A stretch of 64,000 nt of DNA, taken from Eledone cirrhosa. Its lineage: Eukaryota. A program made the translations under genes and the position numbers. Below, piece by piece: positions 41,101 through 57,200 of this stretch. Positions within the stretch are counted from its first letter, which is position 1. Each line of letters opens with the position of its first letter. The notes under the pieces are model-generated. The model did not search any database and was not told where the DNA came from. It was given only the letters and a program-made list of their open reading frames with translations. Location: positions 233,740,001-233,804,000 of the forward strand of contig OZ024743.1 in assembly GCA_964016885.1 (NCBI GenBank). Reading direction: 5' to 3'.

Positions 41101-43102
41101 AGTAATTACAGATCGATCCGACCACGGGCGGCCGGCCCGCGATTGAAAAGGTAACTCCGCCGGCAAATCGTCATTTTTGGATTCGTTTTCTTCGAAGCAC
41201 ACCATTCGCCGGCGGACTTTGTTGACGTTTAACACGGTTTGGTTCCACAGCCACAACTATTGATTTTACGGAGATATCTTGCTGAAATTCACGCCACACA
41301 TAGCCAATGAGTCTCTGCACATGTACCATTAATTACAGATCGATCCGACCACGGGCGGTCGGTTTGCGATTGAAAAGGTAACTCCGCCGGCAAATCGTCA
41401 TTTTTGGATTCGTTTTCTTCGAAGCACACCATTCGCCGGCTGACTTTGTTGACGTTTAACACGGTTTGGTTCCACAGCCACAACTATTGATTTTAAGGAG
41501 ATATCTTGCTGAAATTCACGCCACACATAGCCAATGAGTGTCTGCACAGGTACCAGTAATTACAGATCGATCCGACCACGGGCGGCCGGCCCGCGATTGA
41601 AAAGGTAACTCCGCCGGCAAATCGTCATTTTTGGATTCGTTTTCTTCGAAGCACACCATTCGCCGGCGGACTTTGTTGACGTTTAACACGGTTTGGTTCC
41701 ACAGCCACAACTATTGATTTTACGGAGATATCTTCCTGAAATTCACGCCACACATAGCCAATGAGTGTCTGCACATGTACCAGTAATTACAGATCGATCC
41801 GACCACGGGCGGCCGGCCCGCGATTGAAAAGGTAACTCCGCCGGCAAATCGTCATTTTTGGATTCGTTTTCTTCGAAGCACACCATTCGCCGGCGGACTT
41901 TGTTGACGTTTAACACGGTTTGGTTCCACAGCCACAACTATTGATTTTACGGAGATATCTTGCTGAAATTCACGCCACACATAGCCAATGAGTGTCTGCA
42001 CATGTACCAGTAATTACAGATCGATCCGACCACGGGCGGTCGGTTTGCGATTGAAAAGGTAACTCCGCCGGCAAATCGTCATTTTTGGATTCGTTTTCTT
42101 CGAAGCACACCATTCGCCGGCTGACTTTGTTGACGTTTAACACGGTTTGGTTCCACATCCACAACTATTGATTTTACGGAGATATCTTGCTGAAATTCAC
42201 GCCACACATAGCCAATGAGTGTCTGCACATGTACCAGTAATTACAGATCGATCCGACCACGGGCGGTCGGTTTGCGATTGAAAAGGTAACTCCGCCGGCA
42301 AATCGTCATTTTTGGATTCGTTTTCTTCGAAGCACACCATTCGCCGGCGGACTTTGTTGACGTTTAAGACGGTTTGGTTCCACAGCCACAACTATTGATT
42401 TTACGGAGATATCTTGCTGAAATTCACGCCACACATAGCCAATGAGTGTCTGCACATGTACCAGTAATTACAGATCGATCCGACCACGGGCGGCCGGCCC
42501 GCGATTGAAAAGGTAACTCCGCCGGCAAATCGTCATTTTTGGATTCGTTTTCTTCGAAGCACACCATTCGCCGGCTGACTTTGTTGATGTTTAACACGGT
42601 TTGGTTCCACAGCCACAACTATTGATTTTACGGAGATATCTTGCTGAAATTCACGCCACACATAGCCAATGAGTGTCTGCACAGGTACCAGTAATTACAG
42701 ATCGATCCGACCACGGGCGGCCGGCCCGCTATTGAAAAGGTAACTCCGCCGGCAAATCGTCATTTTTGGATTCGTTTTCTTCGAAGCACACCATTCGCCG
42801 GCGGACTTTGTTGACGTTTAACACGGTTTGGTTCCACAGCCACAACTATTGATTTTACGGAGATATCTTGCTGAAATTCACGCCACACAGCCAATGAGTG
42901 TCTGCACATGTACCAGTAATTACAGATCGATCCGACCAGGGGCGGCCGGCCCGCGATTGAAAAGGTAACTCCGCCGGCAAATCGTCATTTTTGGATTCGT
43001 TTTCTTCGAAGCACACCATTCGCCGGCGGACTTTGTTGACGTTTAACACGGTTTGGTTCCACAGCCACAACTATTGATTTTACGGAGATATCTTGCTGAA
43101 AT
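35166..43102. repeat. Variable-length higher-order repeats built on the I-X-L cassette (10-, 7- and 15-monomer spacing)
   Basis: I monomers at 35166, 37434, 39021 and 42424 are spaced 2,268 (10x227-2), 1,587 (7x227-2) and 3,403 (15x227-2) bp apart. Each is followed by X and then the 225-bp L monomer. Confidence 0.88.
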
Positions 43103-46100
43103 TCACGCCACACATAGCCAATGAGTGTCTGCACATGTACCAGTAATTACAGATCGATCCGACCACGGGCGGCCGGCCCGCGATTGAAAAGGTAACTCCG
43201 CCGGCAAATCGTCATTTTTGGATTCGTTTTCTTCGAAGCACACCATTCGCCGGCGGACTTTGTTGACGTTTAACACGGTTTGGTTCCACAGCCACAACTA
43301 TTGATTTTACGGAGATATCTTGCTGAAATTCACGCCACACATAGCCAATGAGTCTCTGCACATGTACCATTAATTACAGATCGATCCGACCACGGGCGGT
43401 CGGTTTGCGATTGAAAAGGTAACTCCGCCGGCAAATCGTCATTTTTGGATTCGTTTTCTTCGAAGCACACCATTCGCCGGCTGACTTTGTTGACGTTTAA
43501 CACGGTTTGGTTCCACAGCCACAACTATTGATTTTAAGGAGATATCTTGCTGAAATTCACGCCACACATAGCCAATGAGTGTCTGCACAGGTACCAGTAA
43601 TTACAGATCGATCCGACCACGGGCGGCCGGCCCGCGATTGAAAAGGTAACTCCGCCGGCAAATCGTCATTTTTGGATTCGTTTTCTTCGAAGCACACCAT
43701 TCGCCGGCGGACTTTGTTGACGTTTAACACGGTTTGATTCCACAGCCACAACTATTGATTTTACGGAGATATCTTCCTGAAATTCACGCCACACATAGCC
43801 AATGAGTGTCTGCACATGTACCAGTAATTACAGATCGATCCGACCACGGGCGGCCGGCCCGCGATTGAAAAGGTAACTCCGCCGGCAAATCGTCATTTTT
43901 GGATTCGTTTTCTTCGAAGCACACCATTCGCCGGCGGACTTTGTTGACGTTTAACACGGTTTGGTTCCACAGCCACAACTATTGATTTTACGGAGATATC
44001 TTGCTGAAATTCACGCCACACATAGCCAATGAGTGTCTGCACATGTACCAGTAATTACAGATCGATCCGACCACGGGCGGTCGGTTTGCGATTGAAAAGG
44101 TAACTCCGCCGGCAAATCGTCATTTTTGGATTCGTTTTCTTCGAAGCACACCATTCGCCGGCTGACTTTGTTGACGTTTAACACGGTTTGGTTCCACAGC
44201 CACAACTATTGATTTTACGGAGATATCTTGCTGAAATTCACGCCACACATAGCCAATGAGTGTCTGCACATGTACCAGTAATTACAGATCGATCCGACCA
44301 CGGGCGGTCGGTTTGCGATTGAAAAGGTAACTCCGCCGGCAAATCGTCATTTTTGGATTCGTTTTCTTCGAAGCACACCATTCGCCGGCGGACTTTGTTG
44401 ACGTTTAAGACGGTTTGGTTCCACAGCCACAACTATTGATTTTACGGAGATATCTTGCTGAAATTCACGCCACACATAGCCAATGAGTGTCTGCACATGT
44501 ACCAGTAATTACAGATCGATCCGACCACGGGCGGCCGGCCCGCGATTGGAAAGGTAACTCCGCCGGCAAATCGTCATTTTTGGATTCGTTTTCTTCGAAG
44601 CACACCATTCGCCGGCGGACTTTGTTGACGTTTAACACGGTTTGGTTCCACAGCCACAACTATTGATTTTACGGAGATATCTTGCTGAAATTCACGCCAC
44701 ACATAGCCAATGAGTGTCTGCACATGTATCAGTAATTACAGATCGATCCGACCACGGGCGGCCGGCCCGCGATTGAAAAGGTAACTCCGCCGGCAAATCG
44801 TCATTTTTGGATTCGTTTTCTTCGAAGCACACCATTCGCCGGCGGACTTTGTTGACGTTTAACACGGTTTGGTTCCACAGCCACAACTATTGATTTTACG
44901 GAGATATCTTGCTGAAATTCACGCCACACATAGCCAATGAGTGTCTGCACATGTACAAGTAATTACAGATCGATCCGACCACGGGCGGCCGGCCCGCGAT
45001 TGAAAAGGTAACTCCGCCGGCAAATCGTCATTTTTGGATTCGTTTTCTTCGAAGCACACCATTCGCCGGCGGACTTTGTTGACGTTTAACACGGTTTGGT
45101 TCCACAGCCACAACTATTGATTTTACGGAGATATCTTGCTGAAATTCACGCCACACATAGCCAATGAGTGTCTGCACATGTACCAGTAATTACAGATCGA
45201 TCCGACCACGGGCGGCCGGCCCGCGATTGAAAAGGTAACTCCGCCGGCAAATCGTCATTTTTGGATTCGTTTTCTTCGAAGCACACCATTCGCCGGCTGA
45301 CTTTGTTGACGTTTAACACGGTTTGGTTCCACAGCCACAACTATTGATTTTACGGAGATATCTTGCTGAAATTCACGCCACACATAGCCAATGAGTGTCT
45401 GCACAGGTACCAGTAATTACAGATCGATCCGACCACGGGCGGCCGGCCCGCGATTGAAAAGGTAACTCCGCCGGCAAATCGTCATTTTTGGATTCGTTTT
45501 CTTCGAAGCACACCATTCGCCGGCGGACTTTGTTGACGTTTAACACGGTTTGATTCCACAGCCACAACTATTGATTTTACGGAGATATCTTCCTGAAATT
45601 CACGCCACACATAGCCAATGAGTGTCTGCACATGTACCAGTAATTACAGATCGATCCGACCACGGGCGGCCGGCCCGCGATTGAAAAGGTAACTCCGCCG
45701 GCAAATCGTCATTTTTGGATTCGTTTTCTTCGAAGCACACCATTCGCCGGCGGACTTTGTTGACGTTTAACACGGTTTGGTTCCACAGCCACAACTATTG
45801 ATTTTACGGAGATATCTTGCTGAAATTCACGCCACACATAGCCAATGAGTGTCTGCACATGTACCAGTAATTACAGATCGATCCGACCACGGGCGGTCGG
45901 TTTGCGATTGAAAAGGTAACTCCGCCGGCAAATCGTCATTTTTGGATTCGTTTTCTTCGAAGCACACCATTCGCCGGCTGACTTTGTTGACGTTTAACAC
46001 GGTTTGGTTCCACAGCCACAACTATTGATTTTACGGAGATATCTTGCTGAAATTCACGCCACACATAGCCAATGAGTGTCTGCACATGTACCAGTAATTA

Positions 46101-49100
46101 CAGATCGATCCGACCACGGGCGGTCGGTTTGCGATTGAAAAGGTAACTCCGCCGGCAAATCGTCATTTTTGGATTCGTTTTCTTCGAAGCACACCATTCG
46201 CCGGCGGACTTTGTTGACGTTTAAGACGGTTTGGTTCCACAGCCACAACTATTGATTTTACGGAGATATCTTGCTGAAATTCACGCCACACATAGCCAAT
46301 GAGTGTCTGCACATGTACCAGTAATTACAGATCGATCCGACCACGGGCGGCCGGCCCGCGATTGGAAAGGTAACTCCGCCGGCAAATCGTCATTTTTGGA
46401 TTCGTTTTCTTCGAAGCACACCATTCGCCGGCGGACTTTGTTGACGTTTAACACGGTTTGGTTCCACAGCCACAACTATTGATTTTACGGAGATATCTTG
46501 CTGAAATTCACGCCACACATAGCCAATGAGTGTCTGCACATGTACAAGTAATTACAGATCGATCCGACCACGGGCGGCCGGCCCGCGATTGAAAAGGTAA
46601 CTCCGCCGGCAAATCGTCATTTTTGGATTCGTTTTCTTCGAAGCACACCATTCGCCGGCGGACTTTGTTGACGTTTAACACGGTTTGGTTCCACAGCCAC
46701 AACTATTGATTTTACGGAGATATCTTGCTGAAATTCACGCCACACATAGCCAATGAGTGTCTGCACATGTACCAGTAATTACAGATCGATCCGACCACGG
46801 GCGGCCGGCCCGCGATTGAAAAGGTAACTCCGCCGGCAAATCGTCATTTTTGGATTCGTTTTCTTCGAAGCACACCATTCGCCGGCTGACTTTGTTGACG
46901 TTTAACACGGTTTGGTTCCACAGCCACAACTATTGATTTTACGGAGATATCTTGCTGAAATTCACGCCACACATAGCCAATGAGTGTCTGCACATGTACC
47001 AGTAATTACAGATCGATCCGACCACGGGCGGTCGGTTTGCGATTGAAAAGGTAACTCCGCCGGCAAATCGTCATTTTTGGATTCGTTTTCTTCGAAGCAC
47101 ACCATTCGCCGGCGGACTTTGTTGACGTTTAACACGGTTTGGTTCCACAGCCACAACTATTGATTTTACGGAGATATCTTGCTGAAATTCACGCCACACA
47201 TAGCCAATGAGTGTCTGCACATGTACAAGTAATTACAGATCGATCCGACCACGGGCGGCCGGCCCGCGATTGAAAAGGTAACTCCGCCGGCAAATCGTCA
47301 TTTTTGGATTCGTTTTCTTCGAAGCACACCATTCGCCGGCGGACTTTGTTGACGTTTAACACGGTTTGGTTCCACAGCCACAACTATTGATTTTACGGAG
47401 ATATCTTGCTGAAATTCACGCCACACATAGCCAATGAGTGTCTGCACATGTACCAGTAATTACAGATCGATCCGACCACGGGCGGCCGGCCCGCGATTGA
47501 AAAGGTAACTCCGCCGGCAAATCGTCATTTTTGGATTCGTTTTCTTCGAAGCACACCATTCGCCGGCGGACTTTGTTGACGTTTAACACGGTTTGGTTCC
47601 ACAGCCACAACTATTGATTTTACGGAGATATCTTGCTGAAATTCACGCCACACATAGCCAATGAGTCTCTGCACATGTACCATTAATTACAGATCGATCC
47701 GACCACGGGCGGTCGGTTTGCGATTGAAAAGGTAACTCCGCCGGCAAATCGTCATTTTTGGATTCGTTTTCTTCGAAGCACACCATTCGCCGGCTGACTT
47801 TGTTGACGTTTAACACGGTTTGGTTCCACAGCCACAACTATTGATTTTAAGGAGATATCTTGCTGAAATTCACGCCACACATAGCCAATGAGTGTCTGCA
47901 CAGGTACCAGTAATTACAGATCGATCCGACCACGGGCGGCCGGCCCGCGATTGAAAAGGTAACTCCGCCGGCAAATCGTCATTTTTGGATTCGTTTTCTT
48001 CGAAGCACACCATTCGCCGGCGGACTTTGTTGACGTTTAACACGGTTTGGTTCCACAGCCACAACTATTGATTTTACGGAGATATCTTCCTGAAATTCAC
48101 GCCACACATAGCCAATGAGTGTCTGCACATGTACCAGTAATTACAGATCGATCCGACCACGGGCGGCCGGCCCGCGATTGAAAAGGTAACTCCGCCGGCA
48201 AATCGTCATTTTTGGATTCGTTTTCTTCGAAGCACACCATTCGCCGGCGGACTTTGTTGACGTTTAACACGGTTTGGTTCCACAGCCACAACTATTGATT
48301 TTACGGAGATATCTTGCTGAAATTCACGCCACACATAGCCAATGAGTGTCTGCACATGTACCAGTAATTACAGATCGATCCGACCACGGGCGGTCGGTTT
48401 GCGATTGAAAAGGTAACTCCGCCGGCAAATCGTCATTTTTGGATTCGTTTTCTTCGAAGCACACCATTCGCCGGCTGACTTTGTTGACGTTTAACACGGT
48501 TTGGTTCCACAGCCACAACTATTGATTTTACGGAGATATCTTGCTGAAATTCACGCCACACATAGCCAATGAGTGTCTGCACATGTACCAGTAATTACAG
48601 ATCGATCCGACCACGGGCGGTCGGTTTGCGATTGAAAAGGTAACTCCGCCGGCAAATCGTCATTTTTGGATTCGTTTTCTTCGAAGCACACCATTCGCCG
48701 GCGGACTTTGTTGACGTTTAAGACGGTTTGGTTCCACAGCCACAACTATTGATTTTACGGAGATATCTTGCTGAAATTCACGCCACACATAGCCAATGAG
48801 TGTCTGCACATGTACCAGTAATTACAGATCGATCCGACCACGGGCGGCCGGCCCGCGATTGAAAAGGTAACTCCGCCGGCAAATCGTCATTTTTGGATTC
48901 GTTTTCTTCGAAGCACACCATTCGCCGGCGGACTTTGTTGACGTTTAACACGGTTTGGTTCCACAGCCACAACTATTGATTTTACGGAGATATCTTGCTG
49001 AAATTCACGCCACACAGCCAATGAGTGTCTGCACATGTACCAGTAATTACAGATCGATCCGACCAGGGGCGGCCGGCCCGCGATTGAAAAGGTAACTCCG

Positions 49101-51272
49101 CCGGCAAATCGTCATTTTTGGATTCGTTTTCTTCGAAGCACACCATTCGCCGGCGGACTTTGTTGACGTTTAACACGGTTTGGTTCCACAGCCACAACTA
49201 TTGATTTTACGGAGATATCTTGCTGAAATTCACGCCACACATAGCCAATGAGTCTCTGCACATGTACCAGTAATTACAGATCGATCCGACCACGGGCGGT
49301 CGGTTTGCGATTGAAAAGGTAACTCCGCCGGCAAATCGTCATTTTGGGATTCGTTTTCTTCGAAGCACACCATTCGCCGGCGGACTTTGTTGACGTTTAA
49401 CACGGTTTGGTTCCACAGCCACAACTATTGATTTTACGGAGATATCTTGCTGAAATTCACGCCACACATAGCCAATGAGTGTCTGCACATGTACCAGTAA
49501 TTACAGATCGATCCGACCACGGGCGGCCGGCCCGCGATTGAAAAGGTAACTCCGCCGGCAAATCGTCATTTTTGGATTCGTTTTCTTCGAAGCACACCAT
49601 TCGCCGGCGGACTTTGTTGACGTTTAACACGGTTTGGTTCCACAGCCACAACTATTGATTTTACGGAGATATCTTGCTGAAATTCACGCCACACATAGCC
49701 AATGAGTCTCTGCACATGTACCATTAATTACAGATCGATCCGACCACGGGCGGTCGGTTTGCGATTGAAAAGGTAACTCCGCCGGCAAATCGTCATTTTT
49801 GGATTCGTTTTCTTCGAAGCACACCATTCGCCGGCTGACTTTGTTGACGTTTAACACGGTTTGGTTCCACAGCCACAACTATTGATTTTAAGGAGATATC
49901 TTGCTGAAATTCACGCCACACATAGCCAATGAGTGTCTGCACAGGTACCAGTAATTACAGATCGATCCGACCACGGGCGGCCGGCCCGCGATTGAAAAGG
50001 TAACTCCGCCGGCAAATCGTCATTTTTGGATTCGTTTTCTTCGAAGCACACCATTCGCCGGCGGACTTTGTTGACGTTTAACACGGTTTGGTTCCACAGC
50101 CACAACTATTGATTTTACGGAGATATCTTCCTGAAATTCACGCCACACATAGCCAATGAGTGTCTGCACATGTACCAGTAATTACAGATCGATCCGACCA
50201 CGGGCGGCCGGCCCGCGATTGAAAAGGTAACTCCGCCGGCAAATCGTCATTTTTGGATTCGTTTTCTTCGAAGCACACCATTCGCCGGCGGACTTTGTTG
50301 ACGTTTAACACGGTTTGGTTCCACAGCCACAACTATTGATTTTACGGAGATATCTTGCTGAAATTCACGCCACACATAGCCAATGAGTGTCTGCACATGT
50401 ACCAGTAATTACAGATCGATCCGACCACGGGCGGTCGGTTTGCGATTGAAAAGGTAACTCCGCCGGCAAATCGTCATTTTTGGATTCGTTTTCTTCGAAG
50501 CACACCATTCGCCGGCTGACTTTGTTGACGTTTAACACGGTTTGGTTCCACAGCCACAACTATTGATTTTACGGAGATATCTTGCTGAAATTCACGCCAC
50601 ACATAGCCAATGAGTGTCTGCACATGTACCAGTAATTACAGATCGATCCGACCACGGGCGGTCGGTTTGCGATTGAAAAGGTAACTCCGCCGGCAAATCG
50701 TCATTTTTGGATTCGTTTTCTTCGAAGCACACCATTCGCCGGCGGACTTTGTTGACGTTTAAGACGGTTTGGTTCCACAGCCACAACTATTGATTTTACG
50801 GAGATATCTTGCTGAAATTCACGCCACACATAGCCAATGAGTGTCTGCACATGTACCAGTAATTACAGATCGATCCGACCACGGGCGGCCGGCCCGCGAT
50901 TGAAAAGGTAACTCCGCCGGCAAATCGTCATTTTTGGATTCGTTTTCTTCGAAGCACACCATTCGCCGGCGGACTTTGTTGACGTTTAACACGGTTTGGT
51001 TCCACAGCCACAACTATTGATTTTACGGAGATATCTTCCTGAAATTCACGCCACACATAGCCAATGAGTGTCTGCACATGTACCAGTAATTACAGATCGA
51101 TCCGACCACGGGCGGCCGGCCCGCGATTGAAAAGGTAACTCCGCCGGCAAATCGTCATTTTTGGATTCGTTTTCTTCGAAGCACACCATTCGCCGGCGGA
51201 CTTTGTTGACGTTTAACACGGTTTGGTTCCACAGCCACAACTATTGATTTTACGGAGATATCTTGCTGAAAT

Positions 51273-54200
51273 TCACGCCACACATAGCCAATGAGTGTCT
51301 GCACATGTACCAGTAATTACAGATCGATCCGACCACGGGCGGTCGGTTTGCGATTGAAAAGGTAACTCCGCCGGCAAATCGTCATTTTTGGATTCGTTTT
51401 CTTCGAAGCACACCATTCGCCGGCTGACTTTGTTGACGTTTAACACGGTTTGGTTCCACATCCACAACTATTGATTTTACGGAGATATCTTGCTGAAATT
51501 CACGCCACACATAGCCAATGAGTGTCTGCACATGTACCAGTAATTACAGATCGATCCGACCACGGGCGGTCGGTTTGCGATTGAAAAGGTAACTCCGCCG
51601 GCAAATCGTCATTTTTGGATTCGTTTTCTTCGAAGCACACCATTCGCCGGCGGACTTTGTTGACGTTTAAGACGGTTTGGTTCCACAGCCACAACTATTG
51701 ATTTTACGGAGATATCTTGCTGAAATTCACGCCACACATAGCCAATGAGTGTCTGCACATGTACCAGTAATTACAGATCGATCCGACCACGGGCGGCCGG
51801 CCCGCGATTGAAAAGGTAACTCCGCCGGCAAATCGTCATTTTTGGATTCGTTTTCTTCGAAGCACACCATTCGCCGGCTGACTTTGTTGATGTTTAACAC
51901 GGTTTGGTTCCACAGCCACAACTATTGATTTTACGGAGATATCTTGCTGAAATTCACGCCACACATAGCCAATGAGTGTCTGCACAGGTACCAGTAATTA
52001 CAGATCGATCCGACCACGGGCGGCCGGCCCGCTATTGAAAAGGTAACTCCGCCGGCAAATCGTCATTTTTGGATTCGTTTTCTTCGAAGCACACCATTCG
52101 CCGGCGGACTTTGTTGACGTTTAACACGGTTTGGTTCCACAGCCACAACTATTGATTTTACGGAGATATCTTGCTGAAATTCACGCCACACAGCCAATGA
52201 GTGTCTGCACATGTACCAGTAATTACAGATCGATCCGACCAGGGGCGGCCGGCCCGCGATTGAAAAGGTAACTCCGCCGGCAAATCGTCATTTTTGGATT
52301 CGTTTTCTTCGAAGCACACCATTCGCCGGCGGACTTTGTTGACGTTTAACACGGTTTGGTTCCACAGCCACAACTATTGATTTTACGGAGATATCTTGCT
52401 GAAATTCACGCCACACATAGCCAATGAGTCTCTGCACATGTACCAGTAATTACAGATCGATCCGACCACGGGCGGTCGGTTTGCGATTGAAAAGGTAACT
52501 CCGCCGGCAAATCGTCATTTTTGGATTCGTTTCTTCGAAGCACACCATTCGCCGGCGGACTTTGTTGACGTTTAACACGGTTTGGTTCCACAGCCACAAC
52601 TATTGATTTTACGGAGATATCTTGCTGAAATTCACGCCACACATAGCCAATGAGTGTCTGCACATGTACCAGTAATTACAGATCGATCCGACCACGGGCG
52701 GCCGGCCCGCGATTGAAAAGGTAACTCCGCCGGCAAATCGTCATTTTTGGATTCGTTTTCTTCGAAGCACACCATTCGCCGGCGGACTTTGTTGACGTTT
52801 AACACGGTTTGGTTCCACAGCCACAACTATTGATTTTACGGAGATATCTTGCTGAAATTCACGCCACACATAGCCAATGAGTGTCTGCACATGTACCAGT
52901 AATTACAGATCGATCCGACCACGGGCGGCCGGCCCGCGATTGAAAAGGTAACTCCGCCGGCAAATCGTCATTTTTGGATTCGTTTTCTTCGAAGCACACC
53001 ATTCGCCGGCGGACTTTGTTGACGTTTAACACGGTTTGGTTCCACAGCCACAACTATTGATTTTACGGAGATATCTTGCTGAAATTCACGCCACACATAG
53101 CCAATGAGTGTCTGCACATGTACCAGTAATTACAGATCGATCCGACCACGGGCGGTCGGTTTGCGATTGAAAAGGTAACTCCGCCGGCAAATCGTCATTT
53201 TTGGATTCGTTTTCTTCGAAGCACACCATTCGCCGGCTGACTTTGTTGACGTTTAACACGGTTTGGTTCCACAGCCACAACTATTGATTTTACGGAGATA
53301 TCTTGCTGAAATTCACGCCACACATAGCCAATGAGTGTCTGCACATGTACCAGTAATTACAGATCGATCCGACCACGGGCGGTCGGTTTGCGATTGAAAA
53401 GGTAACTCCGCCGGCAAATCGTCATTTTTGGATTCGTTTTCTTCGAAGCACACCATTCGCCGGCGGACTTTGTTGACGTTTAACACGGTTTGGTTCCACA
53501 GCCACAACTATTGATTTTACGGAGATATCTTGCTGAAATTCACGCCACACATAGCCAATGAGTGTCTGCACATGTACAAGTAATTACAGATCGATCCGAC
53601 CACGGGCGGCCGGCCCGCGATTGAAAAGGTAACTCCGCCGGCAAATCGTCATTTTTGGATTCGTTTTCTTCGAAGCACACCATTCGCCGGCGGACTTTGT
53701 TGACGTTTAACACGGTTTGGTTCCACAGCCACAACTATTGATTTTACGGAGATATCTTGCTGAAATTCACGCCACACATAGCCAATGAGTGTCTGCACAT
53801 GTACCAGTAATTACAGATCGATCCGACCACGGGCGGCCGGCCCGCGATTGAAAAGGTAACTCCGCCGGCAAATCGTCATTTTTGGATTCGTTTTCTTCGA
53901 AGCACACCATTCGCCGGCGGACTTTGTTGACGTTTAACACGGTTTGGTTCCACAGCCACAACTATTGATTTTAAGGAGATATCTTGCTGAAATTCACGCC
54001 ACACATAGCCAATGAGTGTCTGCACAGGTACCAGTAATTACAGATCGATCCGACCACGGGCGGCCGGCCCGCGATTGAAAAGGTAACTCCGCCGGCAAAT
54101 CGTCATTTTTGGATTCGTTTTCTTCGAAGCACACCATTCGCCGGCGGACTTTGTTGACGTTTAACACGGTTTGGTTCCACAGCCACAACTATTGATTTTA

Positions 54201-57200
54201 CGGAGATATCTTGCTGAAATTCACGCCACACATAGCCAATGAGTGTCTGCACATGTACCAGTAATTACAGATCGATCCGACCACGGGCGGCCGGCCCGCG
54301 ATTGAAAAGGTAACTCCGCCGGCAAATCGTCATTTTTGGATTCGTTTTCTTCGAAGCACACCATTCGCCGGCGGACTTTGTTGACGTTTAACACGGTTTG
54401 GTTCCACAGCCACAACTATTGATTTTACGGAGATATCTTGCTGAAATTCACGCCACACATAGCCAATGAGTCTCTGCACATGTACCATTAATTACAGATC
54501 GATCCGACCACGGGCGGTCGGTTTGCGATTGAAAAGGTAACTCCGCCGGCAAATCGTCATTTTTGGATTCGTTTTCTTCGAAGCACACCATTCGCCGGCT
54601 GACTTTGTTGACGTTTAACACGGTTTGGTTCCACAGCCACAACTATTGATTTTAAGGAGATATCTTGCTGAAATTCACGCCACACATAGCCAATGAGTGT
54701 CTGCACAGGTACCAGTAATTACAGATCGATCCGACCACGGGCGGCCGGCCCGCGATTGAAAAGGTAACTCCGCCGGCAAATCGTCATTTTTGGATTCGTT
54801 TTCTTCGAAGCACACCATTCGCCGGCGGACTTTGTTGACGTTTAACACGGTTTGGTTCCACAGCCACAACTATTGATTTTACGGAGATATCTTCCTGAAA
54901 TTCACGCCACACATAGCCAATGAGTGTCTGCACATGTACCAGTAATTACAGATCGATCCGACCACGGGCGGCCGGCCCGCGATTGAAAAGGTAACTCCGC
55001 CGGCAAATCGTCATTTTTGGATTCGTTTTCTTCGAAGCACACCATTCGCCGGCGGACTTTGTTGACGTTTAACACGGTTTGGTTCCACAGCCACAACTAT
55101 TGATTTTACGGAGATATCTTGCTGAAATTCACGCCACACATAGCCAATGAGTGTCTGCACATGTACCAGTAATTACAGATCGATCCGACCACGGGCGGTC
55201 GGTTTGCGATTGAAAAGGTAACTCCGCCGGCAAATCGTCATTTTTGGATTCGTTTTCTTCGAAGCACACCATTCGCCGGCTGACTTTGTTGACGTTTAAC
55301 ACGGTTTGGTTCCACATCCACAACTATTGATTTTACGGAGATATCTTGCTGAAATTCACGCCACACATAGCCAATGAGTGTCTGCACATGTACCAGTAAT
55401 TACAGATCGATCCGACCACGGGCGGTCGGTTTGCGATTGAAAAGGTAACTCCGCCGGCAAATCGTCATTTTTGGATTCGTTTTCTTCGAAGCACACCATT
55501 CGCCGGCGGACTTTGTTGACGTTTAAGACGGTTTGGTTCCACAGCCACAACTATTGATTTTACGGAGATATCTTGCTGAAATTCACGCCACACATAGCCA
55601 ATGAGTGTCTGCACATGTACCAGTAATTACAGATCGATCCGACCACGGGCGGCCGGCCCGCGATTGAAAAGGTAACTCCGCCGGCAAATCGTCATTTTTG
55701 GATTCGTTTTCTTCGAAGCACACCATTCGCCGGCTGACTTTGTTGATGTTTAACACGGTTTGGTTCCACAGCCACAACTATTGATTTTACGGAGATATCT
55801 TGCTGAAATTCACGCCACACATAGCCAATGAGTGTCTGCACAGGTACCAGTAATTACAGATCGATCCGACCACGGGCGGCCGGCCCGCTATTGAAAAGGT
55901 AACTCCGCCGGCAAATCGTCATTTTTGGATTCGTTTTCTTCGAAGCACACCATTCGCCGGCGGACTTTGTTGACGTTTAACACGGTTTGGTTCCACAGCC
56001 ACAACTATTGATTTTACGGAGATATCTTGCTGAAATTCACGCCACACAGCCAATGAGTGTCTGCACATGTACCAGTAATTACAGATCGATCCGACCAGGG
56101 GCGGCCGGCCCGCGATTGAAAAGGTAACTCCGCCGGCAAATCGTCATTTTTGGATTCGTTTTCTTCGAAGCACACCATTCGCCGGCGGACTTTGTTGACG
56201 TTTAACACGGTTTGGTTCCACAGCCACAACTATTGATTTTACGGAGATATCTTGCTGAAATTCACGCCACACATAGCCAATGAGTCTCTGCACATGTACC
56301 AGTAATTACAGATCGATCCGACCACGGGCGGTCGGTTTGCGATTGAAAAGGTAACTCCGCCGGCAAATCGTCATTTTTGGATTCGTTTTCTTCGAAGCAC
56401 ACCATTCGCCGGCGGACTTTGTTGACGTTTAACACGGTTTGGTTCCACAGCCACAACTATTGATTTTACGGAGATATCTTGCTGAAATTCACGCCACACA
56501 TAGCCAATGAGTGTCTGCACATGTACCAGTAATTACAGATCGATCCGACCACGGGCGGCCGGCCCGCGATTGAAAAGGTAACTCCGCCGGCAAATCGTCA
56601 TTTTTGGATTCGTTTTCTTCGAAGCACACCATTCGCCGGCGGACTTTGTTGACGTTTAACACGGTTTGGTTCCACAGCCACAACTATTGATTTTACGGAG
56701 ATATCTTGCTGAAATTCACGCCACACATAGCCAATGAGTGTCTGCACATGTACCAGTAATTACAGATCGATCCGACCACGGGCGGCCGGCCCGCGATTGA
56801 AAAGGTAACTCCGCCGGCAAATCGTCATTTTTGGATTCGTTTTCTTCGAAGCACACCATTCGCCGGCGGACTTTGTTGACGTTTAACACGGTTTGGTTCC
56901 ACAGCCACAACTATTGATTTTACGGAGATATCTTGCTGAAATTCACGCCACACATAGCCAATGAGTGTCTGCACATGTACCAGTAATTACAGATCGATCC
57001 GACCACGGGCGGTCGGTTTGCGATTGAAAAGGTAACTCCGCCGGCAAATCGTCATTTTTGGATTCGTTTTCTTCGAAGCACACCATTCGCCGGCTGACTT
57101 TGTTGACGTTTAACACGGTTTGGTTCCACAGCCACAACTATTGATTTTACGGAGATATCTTGCTGAAATTCACGCCACACATAGCCAATGAGTGTCTGCA

